A DNA stretch of 64,000 bases. It comes from Felis catus. Its lineage: Eukaryota. A program made the translations under genes and the position numbers. Positions within the stretch are counted from its first letter, which is position 1. Each line of letters opens with the position of its first letter. The notes beneath the pieces were generated by a model. It did no database searches and was not told the DNA's origin. It saw only the letters and a list, made by a program, of their open reading frames with translations. The stretch spans positions 496,001 through 560,000 of the forward strand of contig NC_058383.1 in the NCBI RefSeq assembly GCF_018350175.1, in the 5' to 3' direction. Of the stretch, positions 48,401 through 61,120 are shown in pieces.

Positions 48401-49100
48401 CCAAGGTGAAATGCCTCCTGTGCACAAAGGCGTCGGCCAGGACGTTCAGATGGGCCCTGTCCATAATTGTCACAAATCGGGACACATCCAAATGTCCACC
48501 AGTAGGCGAAAAGAAAAACAATCTGGGCGGGGGCGGGGGGTGGGGGGGCCTGGGTGGCTCAGTCGGTTAAGCGTCTGACTTCGGCTCAGGTCACGATCTC
48601 GCGGTCCGTGAGTTCGAGCCCCGCGTCGGGCTCTGTGCCGACAGCTCAGAGCCTGGAGCCTGCTTCGGATTCTGCGTCTCCCTCTCTCTGACCCTCCCCC
48701 GTTCATGCTCTGTCTCTCTCTGTCTCAAAAATAAATAAAAACCGTTAAAAAAAATAAAAAAAATAAATAAAGAAAAACAATCTGGGGAACGCAGCGGGAC
48801 CCTCATGAGAACGACAGACTGACCTGCTGATAAATTCAATGACACAGGTGACTCTCAGGGAGCGAAAGCTGCGAACCAAAAGCACATGCAGCGTCTGCAC
48901 CCGTTGCTGGGAATTCTGGAGCAGAAAGCACGGGTCTGCGCTCGCTGGGGCCAGAATAGCAGCTCTCCTGACGGGGGACTGGTCCCGGGGTGCAAGGAAG
49001 TCTCCTGGGTGTCAGGGGATGCCCCATACTTTGGGAGCCGGGTACCCAGGTGTGTACGTGTAAGAGGTCACGAAGCTTCGCACACAGCTTCGTGCATTCC
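48340..49100 (+). mobile_element. Highly diverged L1ME-like 3' region split by a SINE
   Basis: catccaaatgtccaccagtagg...gggtacccaggtgtgtacgtgtaagaggtcacgaagct...cgtgcatt. Confidence 0.55.
48543..48768 (+). mobile_element. Felid Can-SINE
   Basis: Near consensus; 18-bp TSD aaagaaaaacaatctggg at 48510-48527 and 48769-48786. Confidence 0.95.
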
Positions 49101-50464
49101 AACAGAGCCCCATGGAAAGACAGGTAAATGCTTGAGGAGCGTCAGTCCTCCCGCACCCTGACCTCCTTCAGCTGAGCTTTACCTCCTAAAGGCAGGAGCC
49201 AGAGGCGGGGCCTGCAGAGGGAAACCCACCCACCCACCTGTGGCAGCAGAGAGGTCGTTAGGGGGCTGTGTCCTCGGACCAGGTGAAGACAGGTGCCTAC
49301 CTCGGCCCCAGGACCACTGTGTTGCGGCGGGTCTTAGAAGTGGAGACGCCGAGATCTGAGCCCGCTGGCTCCAGCCTGATGTCCGGGGGGAAGGGTGTCA
49401 GGCCCACGGCGCCAGGCAGGTTCCCTCGGGATTCGCCGACCCTGGGGAGAAAAGGCAACGTCCAGAGCCTCCCCAAGGACTGCATCCCATCACCACACGC
49501 GTCCACCAATACCAGCACCACGGCTGCCGACCTCACCTCCCCCGTCCCCTCGACCTCCACCACCTCCTCCCTCACCACCTCCACCGTCACCGCCATCGTC
49601 TCTGTCATCCCTGTAACTGTCGTACCACTACCCCATCCCCTCATCACCATTACAACCCCTCTGAGCCTATTTCCTTCACTGCTAAGATCTGGGTGAGTAT
49701 CTGGTATCCGGAGTCCCCAGGCAAGTGACGAGCCCTGCAGTCCAACGTGGGTCTTCAGGCTCTGACTGCAGGGCTCTTGCCCCTCTGCCCTCGGTCCCAC
49801 GGCCCCACCAGCTCCCTCCACAGCCTCGTTCCGAGATGCTGAGATGTGTCCCCTGGAATCCCAGCTAAAAGTCATCCTGAGATCCTGTTTCCGAAGCTCC
49901 GTGTAATCCACGCGGATCTGGACTCGTACCCTCTTCCTCACGCACCCAAAAGCGTTAACTTGAAGGCAATCCCGTGAGTTGCGCCAAGTACCAGGGCTCT
50001 CCTCGGAACCAACGTGGCGGCACCCCGTCTCAGCACCCTGAACTCAAGCCTCCCCCGTTGGAAGTCTGCTGGGGGGAACGTCCCCCCCCCCCCAAAGAAT
50101 GGCTACCACCAACGGAACAGCCGTGCCCTCGGCAGGCACAGAGCGGAAACCTCCCCCGGGACTCGACGGCCATGCAGAGCTACTGTCCAACAGGGTAACA
50201 CTCGTCACAGGTGCTACTTACCTGTCAATTAAAGGTGAGTGACGCTTTGGGCACTCAGAACCTCGGTCTCACGGGCCACACTTTCAGGCACCTGGTGGAG
50301 ACAGGCGGCCGGTGGCTGACATATTGGACGGAGGCTCCGTCCATGGGATGGAGCACACCTGTCACCTCTGAAAGGCTGTTGGACTTTGTGGAGGCGTGGA
50401 GGTGACAAGCCCCAGTCAGGACTGCCTCAGGACCCGGAGCCGAGGGTCCGGAACCCGTGCAAGT

Positions 50465-50883
50465 GTCCTGGGGGAGGTGGGGCAGAGCCAAGCACCCCAG
50501 ACGGGGTGGCGCTGTGGACAGCACATATCTGCCCCCCGCGGCTCTGGAGGCTGGAAGTCCAGGAGGAAGGGGTCTGCCGGCCACTCCCTTCCGATGCCGT
50601 GAGGGACAGTCTGCTGGATGTCCCTCTCCAGCCTCGACTGGCTGCTGGCCGTCCTTGATGCTCCTTGGCCTGCAGGTGGCGATGCCGATCCCCGCCGCCA
50701 CTGCCACGTGGCCTCCCGCGCGCGTGTCCGCGTCCCCTCTTCTGTGATGACACCAGCCCCTGCTCCAGCGTGGCCTCAACTTAACCATCACGTCTGCAGG
50801 GTCCCTACTTCCAAGTAAAGCCACTTCCACAGGTTCCAGGGGGACATGAGTTCTGGGGGGGCCCCCGCCCCCTCCACCCTGCA
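50465..50883 (-). mobile_element. MLT1 (MLT1C/D-like) solo LTR
   Basis: ctctggaggctggaagtccagg...ctcaacttaaccatcacgtctgcagggtccctacttccaagtaaagccacttccacaggttccagggg. Confidence 0.8.
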
Positions 50884-52234
50884 GCTCCTCGTGCCCCCGT
50901 CACCACCCGCACTCTTTCATGGAGACCCACCTGCTGACCGTCTGTCTCTACTCCTAGGGCACCGGCTCCTGCGTGGGCGCCTGACCTTATCAACACCGCT
51001 CAGCAGGAACCCGGCCCACGGTACACGCTCAACAAACACCTGCTGAATGGACGGGCGAGTAACGCAGGGGCCACAGTGGAGATCAGATTCCAGATTCTCT
51101 AGAAGGCCTAGGTGGCGTTGCACACCCCAAACAAAGCATTCCGGATCCGGGCGGATGATCGGGGAAAGATCAGCCTGGGTCGGAAGCCTGCGTCTGCTGG
51201 GTGATGCAGTCAGCCTTTCACTGCCCTGAGCCCCCGTTTCCTCATCTCTACAACGAGCCGGGAGGCTCGCCTCTGCAGGCTGACCTGGGGGTGGGCAAAA
51301 GGATGGCCAGGGTCGGGCCTGATGGAGAATCACCCCGGTCTCCAAGATGGCCTTGGGCGAGGAAGGGTCTTGAGGAAGGGGCTGTCTGCGCTCAGAAGCC
51401 CGTGAGTGCCGTACCAAGTGATGGTGTGGCCGTGTCGACCAGTCCTGGGGAATCGGCTCCAGGGAGCCACTTGTCCGACGTGGTGGCCGGGAGCCACGGC
51501 ACAGAGCTGAAGTCTGGGGACCTTGCCACTCCCGCCTGCCCCCAGAGTCCCGGGGGGGCTGGGGTGGGAGGGAACCGGGGAGAAGGCAGCTGGCGGCCCA
51601 GGGAGCTTCTGGAAGGGAGCCACTCTGGAGTGGCGCTGGGCCTCTTTACGCGGCCCGCCCAGGCCGGGGCGCGTACTCCTCCTCCCCCGGAGAGGAGGAA
51701 GGCCAGGGGGCTGGTGGCAAACCGTCCTGGCAGCTCCCCAGGGGCTCCTGGACAGGCTCGAGTTTCCAAGGAGCATAAACTGTCTTACAAATTAAGATAG
51801 CAACTCCGATGACTGAGAACATTAAAAATAGCTACGCTTGCTCAGCCCCTCCTCAGGGTTCTGTGGGAAAGAGTCCGTCAGCTGGACGGCTGACCCCACG
51901 GGCCTCACGCTGACGCGGGGCCGGCCCAGCTCCTGGAGAAAGCGTGGGAGGAGCTGCAGGCCTGGGTGCCCTGTGAGCGGTGAGCGGCCATGCGGCCCAC
52001 CCTGCAGCGTCCCTGGTGACAGGAGGGGACATCGCTCAAAGAGCGTGTTGCCACGGCATCTGACCCGGGGGACCGGTCACAGCCCCTCTGGCCCCTCTTT
52101 GTGTCACTTCCTCTCCTACAGCTGCCTTTTCCCAGCCTGCCGTCCACAAGAAGGAATCCTTTGGCCCCACTCGAACGTTAAGAAGGGACATGTTAATACA
52201 CAAGTCCTAGCGTGTGCATAACAGGGACGTAACC

Positions 52235-52530
52235 GAGTCGGGTGCCTTTGGCTCAAGTACGGAAGAGCTGACTCGAAATGGCTTTAAAGCGTGCTGTGTC
52301 GCGTGACAGGAAGTCTGGGCTGGGGCACTCAGCGATTATGTGACATCACAGCACTTGGGATCCCTCCTCTTCTCTGTTCGGCCGTCCTCACTTGGCCTCA
52401 GTTCTCAGAATTGGTCTTCGTGTTTGTAAGATGACTGCCATGGCTCCGGGCATCACATCCCCATCCACCCACCTCTAAAGACACCCCTGCCTTGTGCCTC
52501 TTTGTAAGAGCCAGGAATATATTCTCAGGG
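52235..52530 (-). mobile_element. Old MLT1 (J/K-like) LTR fragment
   Basis: gactcgaaatggctttaa...aagatgactgccatggctccgggcatcacatcc. Confidence 0.5.
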
Positions 52531-55500
52531 ACCCTCTAAAGTCTCATGACCAGAATAATTACAAGAAGTTGTCTCTTTGTGCTAAAAAGGGAACATGTAT
52601 TCCTTTTGTAGTACAAAGAAAGTTTAATATACTTTTCTAAAGAAACCCTCTTGTCAGCAGAGTGCAGGATGTGGACTCCAGAGCCGTGGGCTCGGTCCTC
52701 CCAGAGCAATCCCAGGCTTTGCCGGAAAGGTCCAGGACAAGGTGGGCCCGGGACAGCCAGCACCGCGTACGAGAACCCACCGAACCCCCGGATCCCAAGG
52801 AAGACTTTTCTCTCCTCAGTGCCCCACCCCCCGGCTGGCGCTCCAGCTGGGAGGGTTCCAGAGGGTGAGGCCTTTTCCCCTCACCGGCTGCAGGGTCCTT
52901 CCAAGGAACACAAACGGGCATCTTGCCCCACGAGGCCCGGCCCTGTGTCAGCTCACGGGCTCCGCTGTCCCTCGCCGCCCTAGCGAATCCGGAACTCAGT
53001 GGCCTGATGTGACAGGAGTTTACGGATGGCTCACTCGAGGCCCCCGGATGCTCCGCGACCCGGGGATCACTCAGGACCCCAGACTCCAGAGGGAGGAGGG
53101 GCCCCCCCGCGGGCGCCTTCCTTCCCCACCCCTCCGTCGTTCGTGGGGACTCGGGTCCCGGGGGCACTCCGTGACTCCACGCCGTAAAGCCACAAGCCGG
53201 CGTGCAGAGCGGCCCTGTCTCCTGATGGACCCTGGCGGTGGGCTTGGATCCGCGGGCCGTGACGGCAGCAGGAAGCATCCAGGCCCCCCTGTGAGGAGCG
53301 TCACTCCAGCGGCAAGGGGTTTGTAGGGAGGAGGCCGGCGGGGGGGCCCTGTCCGCGGAGCCCGTCCCGCTCTGTCCAGGCCCCCTGGTCCGGCCCGGCT
53401 GGACCAGCTCGCAGGACTGGGACAGAGACCGAAGCAGTGTGGCTGTTTCTGTCACGTTAAAGCACAACATTAATTCAGCCATGTCTCCTGACCTCGAAAT
53501 GTCTGAGGAGCAGAGCTCTTAGAGATGAATTATTCATTTCTGGGGGACCCATTCTCCCAACATGTGGGAAAATACATTGGGTTTTCCTCCTAAAGTGGGG
53601 CTGTTCCACCTGAGGGGCTTGTGGAGAAAGAGGCTTTCCCGGCAGACCCCCCCCCCCCACCATGGTCTCCCCTGCGGGTCACGACCCCCGACGCGGGCCT
53701 GGCCCGACGGATGACCGATCGGGTCTGGATCGATCGCAGGCACGCGTGGATGGAAGTCTGCAGGAAGCTGTGCTGGGTCTTGTACCCCGGCCAGAGGCCA
53801 GCTGGGGGAGCGGGGACACGGGCGGGGAGGGAGCGCTCACGCCCAGCACTCCCGGGTGTCGGCCTGCTCTGTGGCCTCCTCACCACCGCTCCCCCCAACA
53901 CCGGCATTCATAAGCTGTTTGCTGAGCCAGACGGTGACCAAAGGGCCCTGAGGCTCAGTGCCAATATTCTGTGGCTCGAAACCAGAACATTCCTGGAGAT
54001 TTGCCTTAAATTCACCAGCACCGGGGCCGGGGTCTCTCTCCCAGGCTGGGAAGTCCCTGCGGCCCCTCGGGCTGCGGGAAGGACCAGGTAGGTCCTCCCA
54101 GAGCTTCGGTGAGGGAGGGGCGTCTGGGGGAGCTTGGCCCCTCGGCGACTTTCTTGTGGTCGCTCGTGTTTGCGTCTCCCTGAGGGCTGATGGTGGACAG
54201 CATCTTCCTCCGAGCCTGTTTGCCAGCCGTGGAGCTTCCTCGGTGGAGCTTCCTTGGATATTCGCACGGCTGCTGTGTGTCCGTCCCTGGCTCCCGACAC
54301 CCACCGCAAAGACCGGAGACACCGTCCTTTCCCTTTCCTGAGGGCCGCTGTCCAGTGAGGGAGGCCCGGGCGTGACGCTGTTTGGTAAAGTGAGCACAGG
54401 GCTTTGGCCGGGCTGGGCTGGGGGCCCCTCTGGATCCACATGAGGAGTCCCGCCCTGGGCTGCCACCCCCCAGGTTCCAAGACCTGGAGAGACAACCCCC
54501 CCCCCGCCCCGCCCAGGTCCTCATCTATTAACCGAGGACAGGAAGGGTCCTACCCCAGGCCCACCGCTTACTCACAGCACCAGGGGCACAACTTGAGCTT
54601 GACCCACACCTGCCCATCCTGGCGGCCGGCACTGTCTCCTCCACTGCTGGGTGGAGAGTCAGGGAGGGCTCCCCGGAGGTGGAGCCAGAGCCAACCCCGG
54701 AGAACGAGCAGCCAGGTGTGTGTCCCAGGGGTGGGCTCCAAAAGATGTCCTGCGTGAGCATCAGCACCAGGCACCATGTTCCAAAGCTGTCGGGCCCGCT
54801 TTGTTTTCCAGAACTCAGGTCCAGGGGAGAGGGCAGGTTGCTCGGCGTCCCGATAAGTGCGGGGAGCGTGACCCGGCCAGCCCCTCCTCCACCCTCCCCT
54901 GGCCAGCTGGGGCAGGAAGGCTGCCTGACCTCCCCTCCAGGGCCCAGTCTCAGCATGGCCTTGAAGGGGTGGGTCTGGAACTGACCTGGGGGCTCGGCCC
55001 CGGGGGGGCTGTGGGGTGGGGTCCCCCTGCAAGCCTCTGCACCCTGGCTTTCCCAGGGCCTTTTACCGCCACTGTGTGGGACCCTTTCAGATTCACTGAC
55101 GGAAGGGCTACCAAGGGCCGGGGGCCGGCAGGAGGTCTGCTCACAGCTCCTACTCAGGTAAAGGTGGGCTGGGGGCCAAGGCCCAGAGGAGCAAGTGGGG
55201 AAGTGGCCAGGCTGTGGGTCTCTCTATACTTGCAACATGCACCCTCCCCGGACGTGGGTGGGCACCAGCCTGCGTGCCAGAGGGGCAAAGACATCCTCTC
55301 CCTCTAGACCCGGGAAGCAACACTTAGGGGGTGTTATCCAGCAGACAACCAGAAAGAAGGGCCGGGGGGAGGTAACAGACTGTGCAGAGGGATGCCCCCG
55401 GGATGGTGGGGCCCAGAAGAGAGGTGAGCAGCGGCAGGAGTCAAGGGCCTGTCCCGTGGCCCTGGCAGGAGCTGACCTCCACTGGGGCCTGGTGGGGGGG

Positions 55501-56469
55501 GGGAGCGGGGGACTCCTGACCCTTGTCCCGCAACCGCCCATGGTGACAGGGCATGGAGCCTCAGGGGAAGCCCTGGACCGAACCGCCTGGCTGCCTTAGA
55601 CCCCGGTCCGAGCCCCAGGCACTGCTGAGCGTGGACAGGAGGGCAGAGGGGGCACCAGGTGCCCGGCCTCACCCAAGGTCACTGCTTGAGCTCCAAGGAG
55701 GCCCGGAGGGGCAGCTGGAGGCCGGGAAGCAGTGAGCCCAGCATGGGACCCCAGGACAGGAGGCCGCTGTGGCTTCTCGCAGAAGCCTACCCCAGGCCTC
55801 AGTTTCCCATGAGCCCCAGGGGAACGGGCCGAGCCAGAAAGCACGCCGGGGCAGGTCCCACGTCTGCCGGAGCTGGGCCAAGCCGCTCCCGCCCTGGATC
55901 AGGAGCGCCCCTGACAGAGGCCAGCCTCCAGTGCGCGCAGGAAGGCTGAGGGGAGGCTGAGTGGCGGCAGGGAGCCAGCACCTGATCCCGCTAATTAATG
56001 GCTTCGAACTGCCCCGAGGAGCAGCCCCAGCCCAGGAGCGTCTGGCCTCCAGACAGTGGCGTCTCCTCTGAAGAACCCCTTTGTCTAACTTTGTTTTAAT
56101 GTTTGGAAACCAGAGGCTAACCTCGCCTAATCTCTCCATCTCGTCCTCACGGGCAGTCCCTCAGCAGAGCTCAGTAACAGGTGGTCCGGGGTGGCAGGCA
56201 GTCACCCCCCCCCCGCTCCCGGGCCTCCCTCCCCTCGCCCCCGCCAGCCCCCCCTTCCGTTAGCGGCAGAGGCTTCCCCGAGTTGCCACAGGGTCGTTCT
56301 CAGCCGGCCTTGCGGGAACGCTCTCCACCCCACTGCTTCACCCTGGGCCCCGCCAGCCCTGGGGTCCCCACTCACACGGGGGTGTCTCCCCTGATCCCAG
56401 GAGGGCAGGGCGGGTGCCCTCAGCAGGCCCTCTCAAGCCCCGGAGAGGCCGAAGGCCCGAGGGAGTTGA

Positions 56470-56625
56470 ACCCCAGGCTCAAGTTCAAAGTCTGAGTCCT
56501 CTGTGTATGAGACTTGGGGTCAGGTTCCTTTCTGAACCCGCACCCCACTTTTCCTCCCGCAAAACTGAGGTTGCTCATGGCTCCTGTCCCGAGGGGTGGC
56601 TGTGAGGGTCAGACACACGACGCGG
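56470..56625 (+). mobile_element. MIR, diverged
   Basis: gagacttggggtcaggttcctttctgaacccgc...ggggtggctgtgagggtcaga. Confidence 0.45.
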
Positions 56626-56714
56626 CACTGGGATCCAAGCCACTCTAGCCGTTTTCCTTCAAGCCTGCCTTTTCGTTTACTGTGTGCTGATACCTGACTT
56701 TCCCCCTCAGCCAG

Positions 56715-57050
56715 TAGAAGCACAGTGCCAGACCCGTGGTAGGTGCTTAAGAGATGCTTGCTGGGGGGGGGGGGGGGGGCGCCTGGCTGGCTCAGTCGGT
56801 TGAGTGACTGACTCCGGCTCAGGTCATGAGCTCCCGGTTGGTGGGTTCGAGCCCCGCCTCGGGCTCTGTGCCGACTGCTCGGAGTCCGGAGCCTGCTTCC
56901 GATTCTGTGTCTCCCTCTGTCTCTGCCCCTCCCCTGCTCACACTCTGTCTCTCATTCTCTCAAAAATAAATAAATATTTTAAAAAATATATTAAAAAAAA
57001 AAGAAATGTTTGCTGGATAGATAGACGAATGGCAAATGGATGGAAGGATG
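56715..57050 (+). mobile_element. L2 3' tail interrupted by a SINE
   Basis: agcacagtgccagacccgtggtaggtgcttaa[SINE]gaaatgtttgctggatagatagacgaatg. Confidence 0.6.
56763..57000 (+). mobile_element. Felid Can-SINE with a 5' G17 run
   Basis: TSD aagagatgcttgctgg (56749) / aagaaatgtttgctgg (57001), 2 mismatches. Confidence 0.93.
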
Positions 57051-57647
57051 TGGGTGGGCGGATGGACGGATGGACGGACGGAAGGGTGGACCGGTGGGTG
57101 GGCTGATGGGAAGGTGGATGGGTGGAGGGACCAATGCAAGGGACGCTCCCGAGGCAGTCCCTTTCTGATGTCTAATTGCAGCGCAGTCAGGGGCACCCGG
57201 CCTGGCAGGAGGCACGTCTCTTCCCCCCCACTGTGGAGTTTAGGGTGCCCTGGAGCACAGCTGTGCAGAGAAGGCTGTTCAGCCTGGGTTCCTGAGGGCC
57301 GGGGCGAAGGGAGCTCTGCCACGCCCCATCTCCCAGGCAAGGGGGAGGAGGTACAGATGGGGGCGGACGCTGGCAGAGTCCCCTGGGTGGGGACCGCCCT
57401 GCCTTAGGGAGGGGCATTTGCCTCTGCCGCCCCGGGTCGGGCCACTCAGGGTGAGTGCTGGTTGCCACAGGGCATCCTCCCTCGGCCTACAACCTGGTGC
57501 GCTTTGCGCCCCCCCCCCGGCCTCCACATCCCCCCCCCCCAGGATGCCCTTCACGCTGGAGTCACTCTTCACAGTTTTTGTGGAAAATCCGTCTATTGTC
57601 TTCATCGCTCGGAGAGCTATCATCTCGAGGCTGGGGCTTCCGAAGGC

Positions 57648-57661
57648 GTTGCCATGGAGAC
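57648..57661. promoter_or_regulatory. RFX X-box motif
   Basis: GTTGCCATGGAGAC (reverse complement GTCTCCATGGCAAC), a canonical RFX site in a unique AT-richer island. Confidence 0.5.
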
Positions 57662-58545
57662 GAATTTTCTGTCATAAATAAAAGTATTCTGGGGTCAGGA
57701 GATCTCAAGCATAACTAGGACAGATTTTGAGGGGGAAAATGCCAGAATTCTTTAAGCACACGAGACGATGATTTGGGCTGCTTTTTTCCGGAGGGTGTTC
57801 TTTGGGCTGTTATGAATTGGCACGGGAGCCCAGCCTGCCTCGGAAAGGGGGGTCTGTCCCTCTGCTGTCCCCAGTCGGGCCCTCCCTCTTCCCACTGCTC
57901 GTGGACTGGAACCCCCACCCCGCCCCCGACCTGGTGTGAAACCCAGTTTACCTGTTCAGTGAGACCTGGGGAAGCCAAGAATGGGAGGGTCCCTGGGGGT
58001 CCCCCGGGCCTCCCTCTCCGGCCCTGAAGCTGTGACCGGCTCACCCTACGTTTCTTGGCACGTTCCTCAGCCGCCCTGAGGGGCCGGAGTCTGCTCAGGT
58101 GTTTCCCTGTGAGCTTGGGGCCAGAGAAGACGTGAGCGGGCGTGCTTCCCGAGGCCCCACAGACGAGCCCCCAGCCCACCAGCCCCGTGGAAGTTAGCTT
58201 TAGGGATTTCCTGTGTTCCGGGTCGCCGAAGGTCAGTGTTTCAGGAGGCAGGGGAGGCGGGAGCAGAGCGGGGGGGGGGGGGGGGGAGGGAGGGAAGGTA
58301 TGCAGGGCTGAGGGGGTACAGACGCCACCCAGGCAGACAGACGGACGGTGCAGGCCCGCGGCCAAGGGCTGTTTGCCAACCCCCCCACAGCCCGTATTAG
58401 GTAAACAGAGTCTCCGCCCGGGCCCCAGCGCCATCCCTGCACAGGGCCCCCCATAATCCGGGAGCTGTGGCTGCTGCCCGAGGCTCCGGTCCCCAGGGTC
58501 TTCCCAAGGTAGCTCCAATCCCTAGGAAGGTGGCTTCCAAATAAT

Positions 58546-58917
58546 GAAGGAGGAGGAAGGGAAAGGGGAGGAGGGTGAGAAGGAGGGAGGAGGGGGAAAG
58601 AGGGAGAAAGAGAGTAGAGGGGAGGGGAGGAGGGAGGAGGAGGGAGAAGGAGAGAGGAAGGAGAGTGAGGAGGGAGAGGGAGAAGGGAGAGGGAGGAGGG
58701 AGGGGAGGAGGCAAAGGGAGGAGGGAGAGGGAAGAGGAAGGGGGAGGAGGAAGGGGAGGAGGGAGAGGGAGAAGGGAGAGGGAGGAGGGAGGGGGAGGAG
58801 GGAAAGAGAGGAGGAAGGGGAGGAGGGAGGGCAGGAGGGAGGGGGCAGAGGGAGGAGGGAGAGGGAGAAGGGGGAGGGAGGAGGAAGGGGGACAAGGGAG
58901 GAGGACATAGGGAAGAG
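58546..58917. repeat. About 370-bp polypurine (GGA/GAG) tract
   Basis: Almost only G and A on the + strand. Confidence 0.95.
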
Positions 58918-59879
58918 TCCTGTTCTGGTGGGTCATGTCCCCACTCCCCCAGCTGAGAGGGTCTGTGTCACAGTGGGATGCTTGGCTAAGATGTCTGAAG
59001 TGAAGTCCTGAAAAACGTTCTCCTTAACCTGCAAATATTCTGTAAAACACAGCCCCAGATAATCACCAGGACAATCCTCTCAGGGCCCAGGGGCTGAGAT
59101 CCAGAGAGGGGAGGACCTGCCCAGGGTCACACGGCCAGTCCTGTGCCCTGCACCTGTCCGGTGTCCCCAGACCTGCTTTCAGCCTGGGGTTCTGCCTCCC
59201 GATGAAGTATGACACTTCATGGATTCAAACACAGCAGGCTTTCAGGCCCCTGTGCCGTCACAGGCAGGTCTGCTGAGGCTACTCCCTGCCCCTCGGGCCA
59301 AGTGGGGCCACCCTAGCGGCACTGCCCCCTCACTGCCACACGCCCATGGCATTTCATTAGTGCGGGCCATGGGTCCTGGCACTTGCTTTCTGTTCAGGAG
59401 GGCTGGGCGTCCACGTGCTTGTGCAGGCCACAGTGTCATCCAGAGAAGGATGCCGGGGTGTACCCTGTCAGGCCAGGGCATGGACGCCCACTGCTGGGCC
59501 GGGCTGGCAGGATAGGACACGGCCTTTACCTGTGCTCCCACTTCTGGAAAGGCCGCATGCCCGGGAACTCAGCTAGGTCCCACAGCAAATGGGAAACAGG
59601 GGGTCACCTACGTGGCCACAGAGGGCCACCATCAGGTGGTGGTCGGAGCCCGGTGCCCACCCTGGAAGCCAGCAGAAATCACGGTTTTGAAGAATATTTA
59701 ATAATCGGGAAGGGACTCTTTTCAGGAGTGGAAAGAAACATGAAGTACATACAAGGAGTACTCAAGGGAAACTAGAAAATTCTTTGAGGTGAATGAAAAC
59801 TAAAGCACACACACCAAAACTCATGGTGAGTGCTACAGCTGTGCGTGGAGAGAGATCCAGAACTTGGAAACTCCTAGTC

Positions 59880-59915
<36 letters not shown>

Positions 59916-60730
59916 CAAATCAGTAATTTAATCTTCTATCTTAAGAAACTGGAACTGAAAAAGCAAACTCAACCCAAAACAAGCAGGAAAATGAAATAAC
60001 AAAAATTAGAGGGGAATAATAACACAGAGATAAGAAAACAGTAGAGACTGTTAACAAAGCCAAAAGTTGAATCTCTGAAAACAGCAACAAAATTGATGAA
60101 ACTTTAGCTTTACTCATAGAAAGAGAACTCAGACTACTAAAAGCAGAAATGAAAAAGAGAACATCACTACTAACCTTACAGAAATAAAAAGAATTAAAAG
60201 GGAGCACTCTCAACAGTTGTAAGCCAAGAAATTACATCACCTGGATGAGATGGATGAACTCTCAGAACCCTACAAATTATGGAAATTGACTCAAAAAGAA
60301 ATGACTCCAAGAAAAATGAAGATCCATAATGAGCAGAGAGAATAAATTCATTAAAAAACAAACAAACTTCCTACAGAGACAAGGCCAGCCTTCATGGGTG
60401 AATTCTACCAGACATTAAAAAAAAAAAAAAAAAAATTAACACCACGGCTTCACAAACTCTTGCAAAAAATAGAAGGGGAAGGCATTCATTCTCATGGAAT
60501 CATTATTTTTATGTACTGACACCAAAACCAAGTGATCACAAGCAAAGAAGACCATGGACAACTACCATTCGTGTATAGACATAAAAGTCTTCAGTCTTCA
60601 AGGAATTATTAGCAGACCAAATCCAGCAACACATAAAGTGATGATACTCCACGACCAGCTGGGGTTTATCCCAGGAATGCAAGGTTGGTTTAACATACAA
60701 GAAACATATAATATTGTGTGTGTGTATAAC

Positions 60731-60761
<31 letters not shown>

Positions 60762-60783
60762 CACATATATATGCATATATATA
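60731..60783. repeat. (TA)n-rich microsatellite
   Basis: Read directly. Confidence 0.9.
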
Positions 60784-61080
60784 ACATTAAAAGAATAAAG
60801 AAAAAAAAACATGATCACCTCAACTGCAGAAAAAAGCATTTTGACCACAACCCAGCACCATCTCATGATAAAAAAAAAAAACAAACAAAACAAAACAAAA
60901 CACTCAGCAAAGGAGAAACAGAAGGGACCTTCCTCATTGGATAAAGGGTGTTGACAGAACAACACCATATTTAATAGTGAAAGACTTAACACTTACCCCC
61001 CAAGACCAGGATCAATACAACACTGTGTGCTCTTTCCACCTGTACTCAATGCTATACCGGACATTCTGGCGAGTGCAATT

Positions 61081-61082
<2 letters not shown>

Positions 61083-61118
<36 letters not shown>
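61083..61118. repeat. (AC)n microsatellite
   Basis: About 18 perfect units. Confidence 0.95.

Positions 61119-61120
<2 letters not shown>

Noticed and set aside
49268..49696. Thr/Ser-rich mucin-like ORF
   Set aside because: Comes from a degenerate (CAC)n low-complexity tract near 49485-49640
58233..59011. Glu/Gly/Arg-rich and Pro/Ser/Leu-rich ORFs
   Set aside because: Translations of the polypurine tract
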